The translations under genes and the position numbers were made by a program. Under the pieces are notes generated by a model. The model was not told where the DNA came from. It worked only from the letters and a program-made list of their open reading frames with translations, and searched no databases. From Takakia lepidozioides (lineage: Eukaryota; Plantae; Bryophyta), in NCBI GenBank assembly GCA_030704615.1, contig CM060734.1, positions 53,072,001 to 53,136,000 of the forward strand: DNA of 64,000 bases, in the 5' to 3' direction. Of this stretch, positions 10,872-20,494 are shown piece by piece. Numbering within the stretch: the first letter of the stretch is position 1; every line of letters begins with the position of its first letter.

Positions 10872-12056
10872 AGCACGGAGCAGAGCTGGCATGAGTTTTT
10901 TAAAGATCCTTCACGATGGTGGGACAACCGCAATCGCAAGGTGTGGCTTTTTCTTAATGTACGATGTGAAGAAGTTCGTCCATCCTGCAAATGTGGGCTC
11001 TTGGCTCCTGTTAGTACCATGATTTGGTATTCTTCATGATGTTTACAAGGTTCTTGGGAGAGTCAGCTTGGTCTTAGCAGGCCGTGTTTCAATCTCTGCC
11101 TGCTCAGCTGCACCGTGGTGGTTCTCCCAGACCAATCCGACATTACCTGACTACAGACACAAGCAGCACACACAAGAGGTCCTTTTGGGTTGATGGTCGG
11201 TCAAATCCTCCATGGGTCATGACACAAGGTCAAGGACAATGTGGTGAGGGCACCTTCTTCTTCGACCTATTTCAGCCTGTTTTGCCCTCTCATCAGACTG
11301 GGCCCTGAATTTGCATATTGAATTCTGTAAGTTAGCTCGTTGGGTGGATCTGTGGTGGTTTGGAGTGACTTTGACAAGTTACTGCCGATGTGGCAGCAGG
11401 AAAGTATCCAAAAACAGATGACAGAGATGAGGAGAAGCTTTGGAATGAACACTTTTCCGACCCCAGTCAATGGTGGGACAATGGAGACAAAAAGGTGAAT
11501 GCCTGTTGGAAGCAGACGCAAGTCAGCATAGGAACTAGTGTCTAAGTATGGTTGGGGTGTTTGCTGGAAGAATTATAGGCTGTCATTGTCAGCTGTTAGC
11601 AGCAAGGCAAGGATGTATGCATGATTTGTGCAGAGGCATGGATAGCTGAAGGAGCAGGGATAGAGTGTGGGTCCAGATTCATCCAAGAGGGCCGGATTTC
11701 GAGCTCCAGATTACCTATGATTCCCTGTGGAAGGATAGCTACAACAAACCTGCATGGGTAGATGGTAAACTGGAAGCCGCAGCAGCAGCGGCACAATTGA
11801 TAAAATCAGGCACTGCTAATGAAGGCACCTTCTTCAACACATTTCACCCTGTTTTTCCCTCTTATCAGAATCGGCCCTAAATTTCCATGTTGGATTCTGC
11901 AAGTTAGCTGGTTGAGTGAATCTTTGATAGTTTGGACATGATACTGCCAATGTGACAACAGGAAAGTATCCAGAAACAGGTAACAGAGACGAGGAGAAGC
12001 TGTGGAATGAATACTTTTCTGAGCCCAGTCAATGGTGGGACAATCGAGGCAAAAAG
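10872..12056 (+). CDS. 5' PDF-motif exons of PPR gene 2 (three tandem motif cassettes); true start codon not resolved
   Basis: About 10872-10940 STEQSWHEFFKDPSRWWDNRNRK|gt. 11131 (or 11108)-11243 TNPTLPDYRHK..(+1 shift)WVDGRSNPPWV. 11400-11494 [23 protein letters not shown]|gt. 11677 to about 11810 IHPRGPDFELQITYDSLWKDSYNKPAWVDGKL. 11962-12056 DEEKLWNEYFSEPSQWWDNRGKK|gt. Confidence 0.75.
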
Positions 12057-12248
12057 GTGAATGCCTGTTGGATTACAGAGAGTAGCAGATGCAATTGAGC
12101 ATAGGAACTAGTGTGATCAGTTGAGTTGGGTGTTTCCTAGAACAAATCTAGGCTATCATTGTCAGCTGCTAGCAGCAAGGCAAGGATGTATGCATGATCT
12201 GTGCAGAGGCATGGATAGCTGAAGCGGCAGGGATAGAGTGTGGTCCAG

Positions 12249-15176
12249 ATTCATCCAAGAGGGCCAGATTTCAAGCACAAGATTACCAATGATTCCCTGT
12301 GGATCAATAGCTACAAGAAACCTGCATGGGTAGATGGTCAACTAAAGGCAGCATCTACAGCGGCGCAGTTGATAAAATCAGGCACCTCAACCATGACCAC
12401 AGCTTCTGGAAGAGGATCAAGAGAGGGAGTCCACAATGCCTCTTCTGGCACTTCTGGGCATGTGAAGATGCTTTGTGAGGCAGGCAGACTGAAAGAGGCT
12501 CTAGAGACTTTAAACCAAGGAGGCATTTCAGCAGATTCAGATACGTATGTCTGTCTCTTGCATAAGTGCATCAAGCTGAAAGGCCTGGAAGCTGGAAAGC
12601 AGGTGCACATTCACATTATCCAAAGTGGATTCACGCCAAATGTTTTTCTACTCAACACCCTTGTCAACATGTATGTTAAGTGCGGGAGCATCATGGATGC
12701 TCACCAAGTGTTCAACAGAATGCCTCAACGATCTTTGATCACGTGGAATATAATGTTGGCAGGATTTACCAAGCACGGGTGTGGTAGGAATGCTTTGGAG
12801 ACCTATGAGCAAATGATGCGCGAAGGGGTGAAGCCCAACCACATCACGTTTGTTTGTGTTTGCAATGCGTGTGCAAGCCTGGGAGCCCTGGAAAAGGGGA
12901 AAGAGGTCCATGGTGACATCGTCAAAGCTGGAATTGTACCAAATGTCATTCTGAACAATACCCTGGTGGACATGTATGCAAAATGTGGGTGCATCGATGA
13001 TGCAAAGAGAGTGTTCGACAGTATGGCTGAACGAGATGTGGTGTCATGGAGTGCGATGATTGCAGGATATGCACAGCAAGGGCGCGGGATGGAGGCTTTG
13101 GAGACCTATGAGCAAATGATGTGCGAAGGGGTGAAGCCCAACCACATCACATTTGTTTGTGTTAGCAATGCGTGTGCAAGCCTGGGAGCCCTGGAAATGG
13201 GGAAAGAGGTCCATGGTGACATTGTCAAAGCTGGAATTGTACCAAATGTCATTCTGAACAATACCCTGGTGGACATGTATGCAAAATGTGGGTGCATCGA
13301 GGATGCAAAGGGAGTGTTCGACAGTATGGCTGAACGAAATGTGGTGTCGTGGAGTGCGATGATTGCAGGATATGCACAGCAAGGGCGTGGGATGGAGGCT
13401 TTGGAGACCTATGAGCAAATGATGTGGGAAGGGGTGAAGCCCAACCACGTCACGTTTGTGTGCATTTGCAACGCATGTGCAAGCCTGGCAGCTCTGGAAA
13501 AGGGCAAAGAGGCCCATGGTGACATCGTCAAATCTAGAATTGTACCCGATGTCATTCTGAACACTGCCCTGGTGGACATGTATGCCAAATGTGGGAGCAT
13601 CGAGGATGCGAAGGGAGTGTTCGACAGTATGGCTGAACGAGATGTGGTGGCGTGGAGTGCGATGATTGCAGGATATGCACAGCAGGGGCGCGGGATGGAG
13701 GCTTTGGAGACCTATGAGCAAATGATGCGTGAAGGGGTGAAGCCCAACCACATCACGTTTGTGTGCATTTGCAATGCGTGTGCGAGCCTGACAGCCCTGG
13801 AAAAGGGCAAAGAGGTCCATGGTGACATCATCAAAGCTGCATTTGTACCAAACGTCATCCTGAACACTGCCCTGGTGGACATGTATGCCAAATGTGGGAG
13901 CATGGAGGATGCAAAGGGAGTGTTCAATAATATGGCTGAACGAAATGTGGTGTCGTGGAACGTGATGCTTGCAGGGTATGCACAGCAGGGGCGCGGGATG
14001 GAGGCTTTGGAGACCTATGAGCAAATGATGGGGGAAGGGGTGAAGCCCGACCACATCACGTTTGTGTGCGTTTGCAATGCCTGTGCAAGCCTGGCAGCCC
14101 TGGAAAAGGGCAAAGAGGTGCATGGTGACATCATGAAAGCTGCAATTGTACCAAATGTCATCCTGAACACTGCCCTGGTGGACATGTATGCCAAATGTGG
14201 GAGCATGGAGGATGCGAAGGGAGTGTTCAACAATATGGCTGAACGAGATGTGGTGTCGTGGAACGCGATGATCGCAGGATATGCCCAGCATGGTTGTCAT
14301 AGGGAGGTCATGCAACTATTTGAAGGAATGCAAAAGAACGGCTTGAAGCCGGACAGTATCACCTTTATATGTGTTCTCTCTGCATGCAGCCACACTGGCC
14401 TACTGAATGAAGGAAGACGCTACTTTGATTCCCTGAGTCAAGATCATGGTGTCACTCCGACAGTAAAGCACTTTGGCTGCATGGTGGACCTTCTTGGACG
14501 TGCGGGACAACTGGATGAGGCAGTGAACCTGATTAATAAAATGCCAATCAATCCAGATGTTGTGATCTGGAAGGCCTTGCTTGGTGCCTGCAGAATCCAT
14601 GGCAATGTGGAGATGGCTGAACGTGCGGCAACATCTATCCTCAAGTGGGATGAACAGGATGCTGCGACTTATGTGTTGCTCTCAAACATCTATGCTGCAG
14701 CTGGCAGGTGGGATGATACTGCAAAGGTGAGAAGAATGATGAAGGTCAGAGGGGTTAGAAAGGAGCCAGGTCGCTGCTGCATTGAGGTTGGCAACAGGGT
14801 GCACACCTTCGTTGTAGATGACAAGTTGCATCCCAGAATTAAGAAAATCCATGCTGAGCTGAGAAGGTTATCTGGGCAGATGAAGGAGGCGGGGTATGTG
14901 CCTGACACGCGCTTTGTATTGCATGATGTGGGGGAGGAGGAGGAAAAGGAATTTTCTCTTTGCCACCACAGTGAGAACCTGGCCATTGGTTTTGGGCTGA
15001 TCAGCACGACCCCTAGGACGCCTCTCCGTCTCATCAAGAATCTTCGAGTGTGTGCTGACTGCCACACCTCCACCAAATTCATCTCAAAGATTGTTGGCCG
15101 AGCAATTGTTGTACAGGACGCTAACCGCTTTCACCACTTTGAAGATGGGATTTGTTCTTGTGGGGATTACTGGTGA
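12249..15176 (+). CDS. PPR gene 2 terminal exon: second half of a PDF motif, ~20 PLS motifs, E1-E2-DYW (C-to-U type organellar editing factor)
   Basis: AG acceptor at 12247-48, then IHPRGPDFKHKITNDSLWINSYKKPAWVDGQL continuing in the same ORF into L-S-(P-L-S)x5-P2-L2-S2, PG box (EPGRCCIEV), HHSE, CADC and terminal CSCGDYW. Confidence 0.95.
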   Translation: MHPRGPDFKHKITNDSLWINSYKKPAWVDGQLKAASTAAQLIKSGTSTMTTASGRGSREGVHNASSGTSGHVKMLCEAGRLKEALETLNQGGISADSDTYVCLLHKCIKLKGLEAGKQVHIHIIQSGFTPNVFLLNTLVNMYVKCGSIMDAHQVFNRMPQRSLITWNIMLAGFTKHGCGRNALETYEQMMREGVKPNHITFVCVCNACASLGALEKGKEVHGDIVKAGIVPNVILNNTLVDMYAKCGCIDDAKRVFDSMAERDVVSWSAMIAGYAQQGRGMEALETYEQMMCEGVKPNHITFVCVSNACASLGALEMGKEVHGDIVKAGIVPNVILNNTLVDMYAKCGCIEDAKGVFDSMAERNVVSWSAMIAGYAQQGRGMEALETYEQMMWEGVKPNHVTFVCICNACASLAALEKGKEAHGDIVKSRIVPDVILNTALVDMYAKCGSIEDAKGVFDSMAERDVVAWSAMIAGYAQQGRGMEALETYEQMMREGVKPNHITFVCICNACASLTALEKGKEVHGDIIKAAFVPNVILNTALVDMYAKCGSMEDAKGVFNNMAERNVVSWNVMLAGYAQQGRGMEALETYEQMMGEGVKPDHITFVCVCNACASLAALEKGKEVHGDIMKAAIVPNVILNTALVDMYAKCGSMEDAKGVFNNMAERDVVSWNAMIAGYAQHGCHREVMQLFEGMQKNGLKPDSITFICVLSACSHTGLLNEGRRYFDSLSQDHGVTPTVKHFGCMVDLLGRAGQLDEAVNLINKMPINPDVVIWKALLGACRIHGNVEMAERAATSILKWDEQDAATYVLLSNIYAAAGRWDDTAKVRRMMKVRGVRKEPGRCCIEVGNRVHTFVVDDKLHPRIKKIHAELRRLSGQMKEAGYVPDTRFVLHDVGEEEEKEFSLCHHSENLAIGFGLISTTPRTPLRLIKNLRVCADCHTSTKFISKIVGRAIVVQDANRFHHFEDGICSCGDYW
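12640..14290 (+). repeat. 303-bp (101-aa PLS triplet) tandem repeats inside PPR gene 2
   Basis: Near-identical units; antisense shadow ORFs recur every 303 nt (12803, 13106, 13409, 13712, 14015). Confidence 0.9.
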
Positions 15177-15643
15177 AAGGATGTTTTCTTGGAAAGATGC
15201 GAGTGTCTTGCCTCATTCATTGATCTGTGTAGCTACTCAGATCATCCACCATTTCCTGAGAGGATTGACCTTGATGTACTGTTGAGTGCATTTCTGTACT
15301 GTTGAGTCATAGAGGACTGTTCGGTCATAGGCCAACTTACCCTAGTGTTTTGGATGGAAGGCTAGTGATGAATTGAGAATCCCCAGAATTCTCGACCTTG
15401 ATCTTATAAGGTAAAATTGGGGTGCTCTACGCTTCCCACCACGAGAACTAAACAGGGCCACACCCTGTCAGTCCAATGCGACCCCATCATGCTGCTGCTG
15501 CAGCTGAAGAGAAAACGACATAGCCACACCCGACTTTCACTTAACACATGCTTCATCCCCTAAGCGACTCCCTGTTCATTTGTGCATGATTGCGCGACAT
15601 ACCATCCCGTGTAGGCCGGCCACGAGAGTCCAAGCACCTGCAC

Positions 15644-15759
15644 TTTGCCATCCCTCACTGAGATACACCAGGTTCAGCGGTGTTAATCTGACCAACGCTT
15701 AGTTTGCCATCCCTCACTGAGCTACACCAGGTTCAGCGGTGTTAATCTGATCAACGCTT
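15644..15759. repeat. 59-bp tandem duplication (mirrored at about 63823-63940)
   Basis: tttgccatccctcactgag(a/c)tacaccaggttcagcggtgttaatctga(c/t)caacgctt occurs twice. Confidence 0.9.
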
Positions 15760-17026
15760 CCCTAGATTTCACAGTCCTCACAACTATGTATTCTACCAAT
15801 CTCTGCCCACAGTGACGATTCACAATTCGCCGCTGCTGTCTAGATGCTCGCGCTCATTACACATTAGTGTTTGATTTCAATCATGTTCTAAACCAGTCTG
15901 TCATGCACTCTCAAGGCCGTCATTTCTGAGCTATTTCTACATACTGAGTACTCTGAGATCTGTCTAAACTTTGCTCACAACTTACAGCGTTCACACTATG
16001 CAATGACTACGCAAAGACAGGTGACACATCGTGTACAAATCTACTGTTTCCACTTCTCTCATTGCTTCATAATACATGACGTTCATACAACCCATGATCA
16101 GATTCACTCGGTGGCTAAGTGACTAATCCCGTTACTAATTCTCTCACGCAATCCACGGTATTTACTGCTCTACATCTCCACGTTGCGTTCTCTTGGTCCA
16201 CAAATTATGATCTAAACAGTCTCAGCGGCGCCACCTCGGCTGGTCTCTAACTACCTTCTTTCTCATCATCTACAGTGCTTCAGTCACCGCTCACTCCTTT
16301 AGCGCATAAGAACCATCAACTATTTTGAACACGAACTTGCAGTTTTATCCCTAGGGGGCTTAGTAAAATTTTCATCTCAGCCAGCTGTTCTATTAATTAG
16401 TACATCTACGGTTCATGTTCGCGGGTTTTTCATGTGATATTTGCATCTCTTTGTAAGAACCTCCGAGTTTCAGTTCATGATCTCGCAGGTCGAGAAAACT
16501 TCGCCTGTGAAGCCTCATTTCAAGCCTGGAGTAAACATTATCGTCCGGATATATATCACGTTTCGGTGGGACGCTGTGTTATCAAATCCTACCTGTTGAT
16601 GCTTCTTCTGTGCATCAGCAACTAATCCACCATCAATCTCACCTCGATATCATCATGACTGCCAAAACCCTGTAGGAACTAGGAACGTTGAGCGATTCTC
16701 ACATGACAAGTTAATCTGCAAGACATGCCAATGTGTTACACTGAATTCAAGTCTGCGGAGTCACCGGAGGCGAAGTCGGGTGCATAATCGGGTAATGCGA
16801 AACTTGTGAGAGCCATTACATTAACAGGGACCCCGAGCTGCGTAAAGGCCCTCCTATTTCAGGATGTAGCACCGTTGGTTTGGGGTTGACATTTGTCTGG
16901 TACATCAATGATGCTTTCAATTCAGTCTTCTTAAGTCAAACCTGGCACCACCCTGCCGTAATATTAACTGGGCGGTCACGCGGTGGGTAAGCTGGGGTCT
17001 GTGAAGGTTCCGTCTACCCCAGCTCC

Positions 17027-17034
17027 TATATAAA
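17027..17034 (+). promoter_or_regulatory. TATA box of LTP copy 1 (equivalents at 20004-20011 +, 56719-56726 -, 62548-62555 -)
   Basis: CTATATAAA about 160 nt upstream of the ATG, conserved between copies. Confidence 0.7.
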
Positions 17035-17190
17035 CACGAACTCTTCTCTGTCTCCATATCTCAAGGCTGTAGCTGCAACTTCGTTTCATCTCTCTTGCTT
17101 TCAAACCGTCCGCAAAGGCGACTGTGTACTCCGCTGGGTTTAGATCTTTCTGCGGGTTGAAGTCTGTGTACTGTTCTGTAGCTGTCCAAG

Positions 17191-17517
17191 ATGGAGGGAA
17201 GCAAACGTGTTGCTGCACTTGGGCTCTGCTTGGTGGTGGTGCTGGCCATGGTGGCCGAGGCCAGCGCAGCACAGTGCAATATCAACTCACTGTGGCCTTG
17301 CTACGGCGCTGTGCGAGGGCCACAAGTTGGGACTCCAACCCCCAGCTGCTGCAATGCTGTGAGACAGGTGGACCCGAATTGCTTATGCAGGAACCTGTTG
17401 TCTGGAAGCTACCCGAACCAGATGATCAACAATGCCTTGCAACTCCCCAAGAAATGCGGACGATATAATCTTGCTGGCTTCAGATGCGGCCGTGAGTCTC
17501 TCTTTTTCTCACGTTGA
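17191..17517 (+). CDS. Non-specific lipid transfer protein, type D-like (copy 1); exon 1 ends at 17491 if spliced
   Basis: Signal peptide plus 8-Cys motif C-X7-C-X15-CC-X9-CLC-X22-C-X9-C. GTGAGT donor 4 nt after the last Cys codon, the position typical of type D/G nsLTPs. Exon 2 not identified. Confidence 0.9.
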   Translation: MEGSKRVAALGLCLVVVLAMVAEASAAQCNINSLWPCYGAVRGPQVGTPTPSCCNAVRQVDPNCLCRNLLSGSYPNQMINNALQLPKKCGRYNLAGFRCGRESLFFSR

Positions 17518-20167
17518 TGGATTGTTCTTGAGGAAAGGCAATATTTTGACCTCAGGATCTAATCGCTCGAGCTGACCAGTGTTGCTTTGGTAAAAATGAG
17601 CTTGTGTAGTTTCAAACTATGCGCGTGTTAGCATTCAAATTATATAATGTAGATGGTTTTCTCAATTAGATTGCGCGGCTTACCAGCCCACCTCCAGTAA
17701 TTATGAGAGCATTCAGACCTTGAGCTCACTTCCGCTTGCGAACCAAATGCTTGAGTCTTGACTTGTATGTATGTACGACTCAGCACTTAAATGTAGACGA
17801 TGTCCAGGAAGATTTGTGGGCCCCGTGTTGATCATTGTCCGTGGATGGCCTATGCAGGATACACCGTCCCACACTAACATGTAACATAGTACGGGCCAAG
17901 GAGAGCCCTTGGCGCTGGCTGGAGCTTTCGTAATGGAGTGGGACTCCAACACTGAGCAGCGAGTAATTAATGTAGCGGCCAGCACTTGGCTCCGACCAGT
18001 GACGCTGGATTGGTTATTTGTTGGATTCTGAAATTTCTATAAGCCTGTTCCTGAATGGCAGAACTTGCTTAAATTTCTGTGCTCTGCGGTTGAGTACCTA
18101 GCGAATATATTAGACTATCTGTGACCGGATGTAGGGGATGTCCTGGTCCAGTTAGTTGTTGAGTCCCTAGAGACCCCTCCTGTTTGCTGTCAGTGCTGCT
18201 TAGTAGTCTCGAGATCTATAGCGATTGGTGAAGAAAATCAATCCTTGTGAATCGATTTCCTCAGTATGCAGTCCTGGTCTTTCACTCGGGGACTCGGGAT
18301 TTCATGAAGCTCCCTCACTGAATTTCACTCATAAATAAATTTTGACCGAGCTGTTATTTATGACCCGCACATTGTTGTCCAAATACGTTTGCAATCCATA
18401 CATGTGTGCTTCAGTTCAATGCTGCCCCGTTTTTGCCAGGTCGGGCTTTCGGTTTTTGTAGTGCTAGATGATGTGAATGTGTCATCTCTATCAATTGTCA
18501 TTTCTTGATCTGTTCTACCACCGGCCATATTCTTGGAACTTCTTAGGAGGGGATTATAAGGCAGGCAGTCGGTTGTTGTGCAGCTTGTATGTGACGATAA
18601 GATGCGAAGCAGTGTTCTGCTGAGACAGATCACTATATAACCTGCTGCTCCGGACGATACAGACTCATTATGTAAGACCTGATGTGTGTGTAATAAGTTG
18701 ACTTGGTGGAATGTGATTACCTTGTGAACGAATGCATCCTTGAGTGTGTATTACTGTTTGAATGAAATTTCATCACTGGACTCTTCGTTAACTCCATGAA
18801 CTTTCCAGGGCACAAAAAGAAAAAGCTACTGGGCACTGATTTTGAGATGCCATCTGAAACTTGCAAATATGTGAATGGGCTTGTGAAGGTTCATGTAGCA
18901 ATGCGTGAATTTGATCTAGAAGAGTTCTCTTGGGTTGTCACAACAATTGGTCTCACACAATTTTCTTCAACGATAGTCCATGTATCACATATTTCATCAT
19001 ATTACCATCAGTTGTGAGCAGTTTATGTAGAATTATATAGTGACCCTGACAATTTCAGGTTCATGGAAATCCGTACACCAGCTCTTACCCACAGTTCTCA
19101 GCTTTGTGGAATGTGACAAAAAGACGGCTACAAGAATGTGCAAAATCACTGACTCAACCAGACAAGCAAAGAATAAATTTAAAATAGTGGGTTTTGGGTT
19201 GCTATTTGCTACATGTGGGGAGAAGGCATGTGCTCATTTGTAGGCAGCTTTGTGCAGACAACATGGTCAGCAACGGGGGTTTGTTTCTCGGTAAGAGAAG
19301 CCTTCAATGTCCATGTTTTCAGATCCAATCGCTGACACACAACTATGACATATCATAATAATAGGCCTGGCAATCATGAACGGGGGGCAGTACCGCAAGG
19401 CGAAGCGACCATGCCAGCTACGGCCGGAGTCTCTCGCTGCGAAATCATGAACTGAAACTCGTAGGAAGAACCTCCGCAACAAGTACTTATTACAGATGCA
19501 AACATCACATATATGTGTAAACATTATCGTCCCGGTATATGTCATGTTTTGGTGGAACGCTGTGCAATCAAATCCTACCGATGCTTCTTCTGTTCATCAG
19601 CGACTAATCCATCATCAATCTCTCCGAGTGCTCCTCGATCATCATGACTGCCAAAACCCCGTAGGAACGTTGAGCGGATTCTCACATGACAAGTTAATCT
19701 GCAAGACATGCCAATGTGTTACACTGAATTCAAGTCTGCGGAGTCACCGGAGGCGAAGTCGGGTGCACCATCTGGTAATGCTAAACTTGTGAGGGCCATT
19801 ACTACAGGGACGCTGAGCTGCATAAAGGCCCTCCTATTTCAGGATGTAGCACCACTGGTTTGGGGTTGACGTTGGTCTGGTACATCAATGATGCTTTCAA
19901 TTCAGTCTTCTTAAGTCAAACCTGGCACCACCCTGCCGTAATATTAACTGGGCGGTAAGGTGGGTAAGCGGGGGTCTGTGAAGGTTCCGTCTATCCCAGC
20001 TCCTATATAAACACGAACTCTTCTCTTTCTCCATATCTCAAGGCTGTAGCTGCAACTTCGTTTCATCTCTCTTGCTTTCAGTTCGTCAGCAAAGGCGACT
20101 GTATACTCCGCTGGGTTTAGATCTTCCTGCGGGTTAAGGTCTGTGTACTGTTCTGTAGCTGTCCAAG

Positions 20168-20494
20168 ATGGAGGGAAGCAAACGTGTTGCTGCACTTGGG
20201 CTCTGCTTGGTGGTGGTGCTGGCCATGGTGGCCGAGGCCAGCGCAGCACAGTGCAATATCAACTCACTGTGGCCTTGCTACGGCGCTGTGCGAGGGCCGC
20301 AAGTTGGGACTCCAACCCCCAGCTGCTGCAATGCTGTGAGACAGGTGGACCCGAATTGCTTATGCAGGAACCTGTTGTCTGGAAGCTACCCGAGCCAGAT
20401 GATCAACAATGCGTTGCAGCTCCCCAAGAAATGCGGACGATATAATCTTGCTGGCTTCAGATGCGGCCGTGAGTCTTTCTTTTTCTCACGTTGA
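20168..20494 (+). CDS. nsLTP type D-like (copy 2)
   Basis: As copy 1; tandem period 2977 bp. Confidence 0.9.
   Translation: MEGSKRVAALGLCLVVVLAMVAEASAAQCNINSLWPCYGAVRGPQVGTPTPSCCNAVRQVDPNCLCRNLLSGSYPSQMINNALQLPKKCGRYNLAGFRCGRESFFFSR

Larger units (their letters stand above)
15582..19804. repeat. Left arm of a long inverted repeat; right arm 59794 to beyond 64000
   Basis: The reverse complement of 63961-64000 matches from 15582, and 59794 onward mirrors 19804 backward. Identical ORFs at 16434-16625 (+) and 62957-63148 (-). Confidence 0.9.

Noticed and set aside
13044-14315. 423-aa antisense ORF and the recurring ~63-aa antisense ORFs over the PPR genes
   Set aside because: By-products of the 303-bp PPR periodicity and codon usage; no independent features.
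14755-15176. Possible U-to-C (DYW:KP/GRP-type) editing domain
   Set aside because: It has a PG-type box, HSE and terminal DYW, and lacks the KPAxA and HAE signatures.
15300-16400. Possible LTR or internal fragment of a gypsy-like element downstream of PPR gene 2
   Set aside because: No paired LTR, PBS, TSD or coding motif could be identified.
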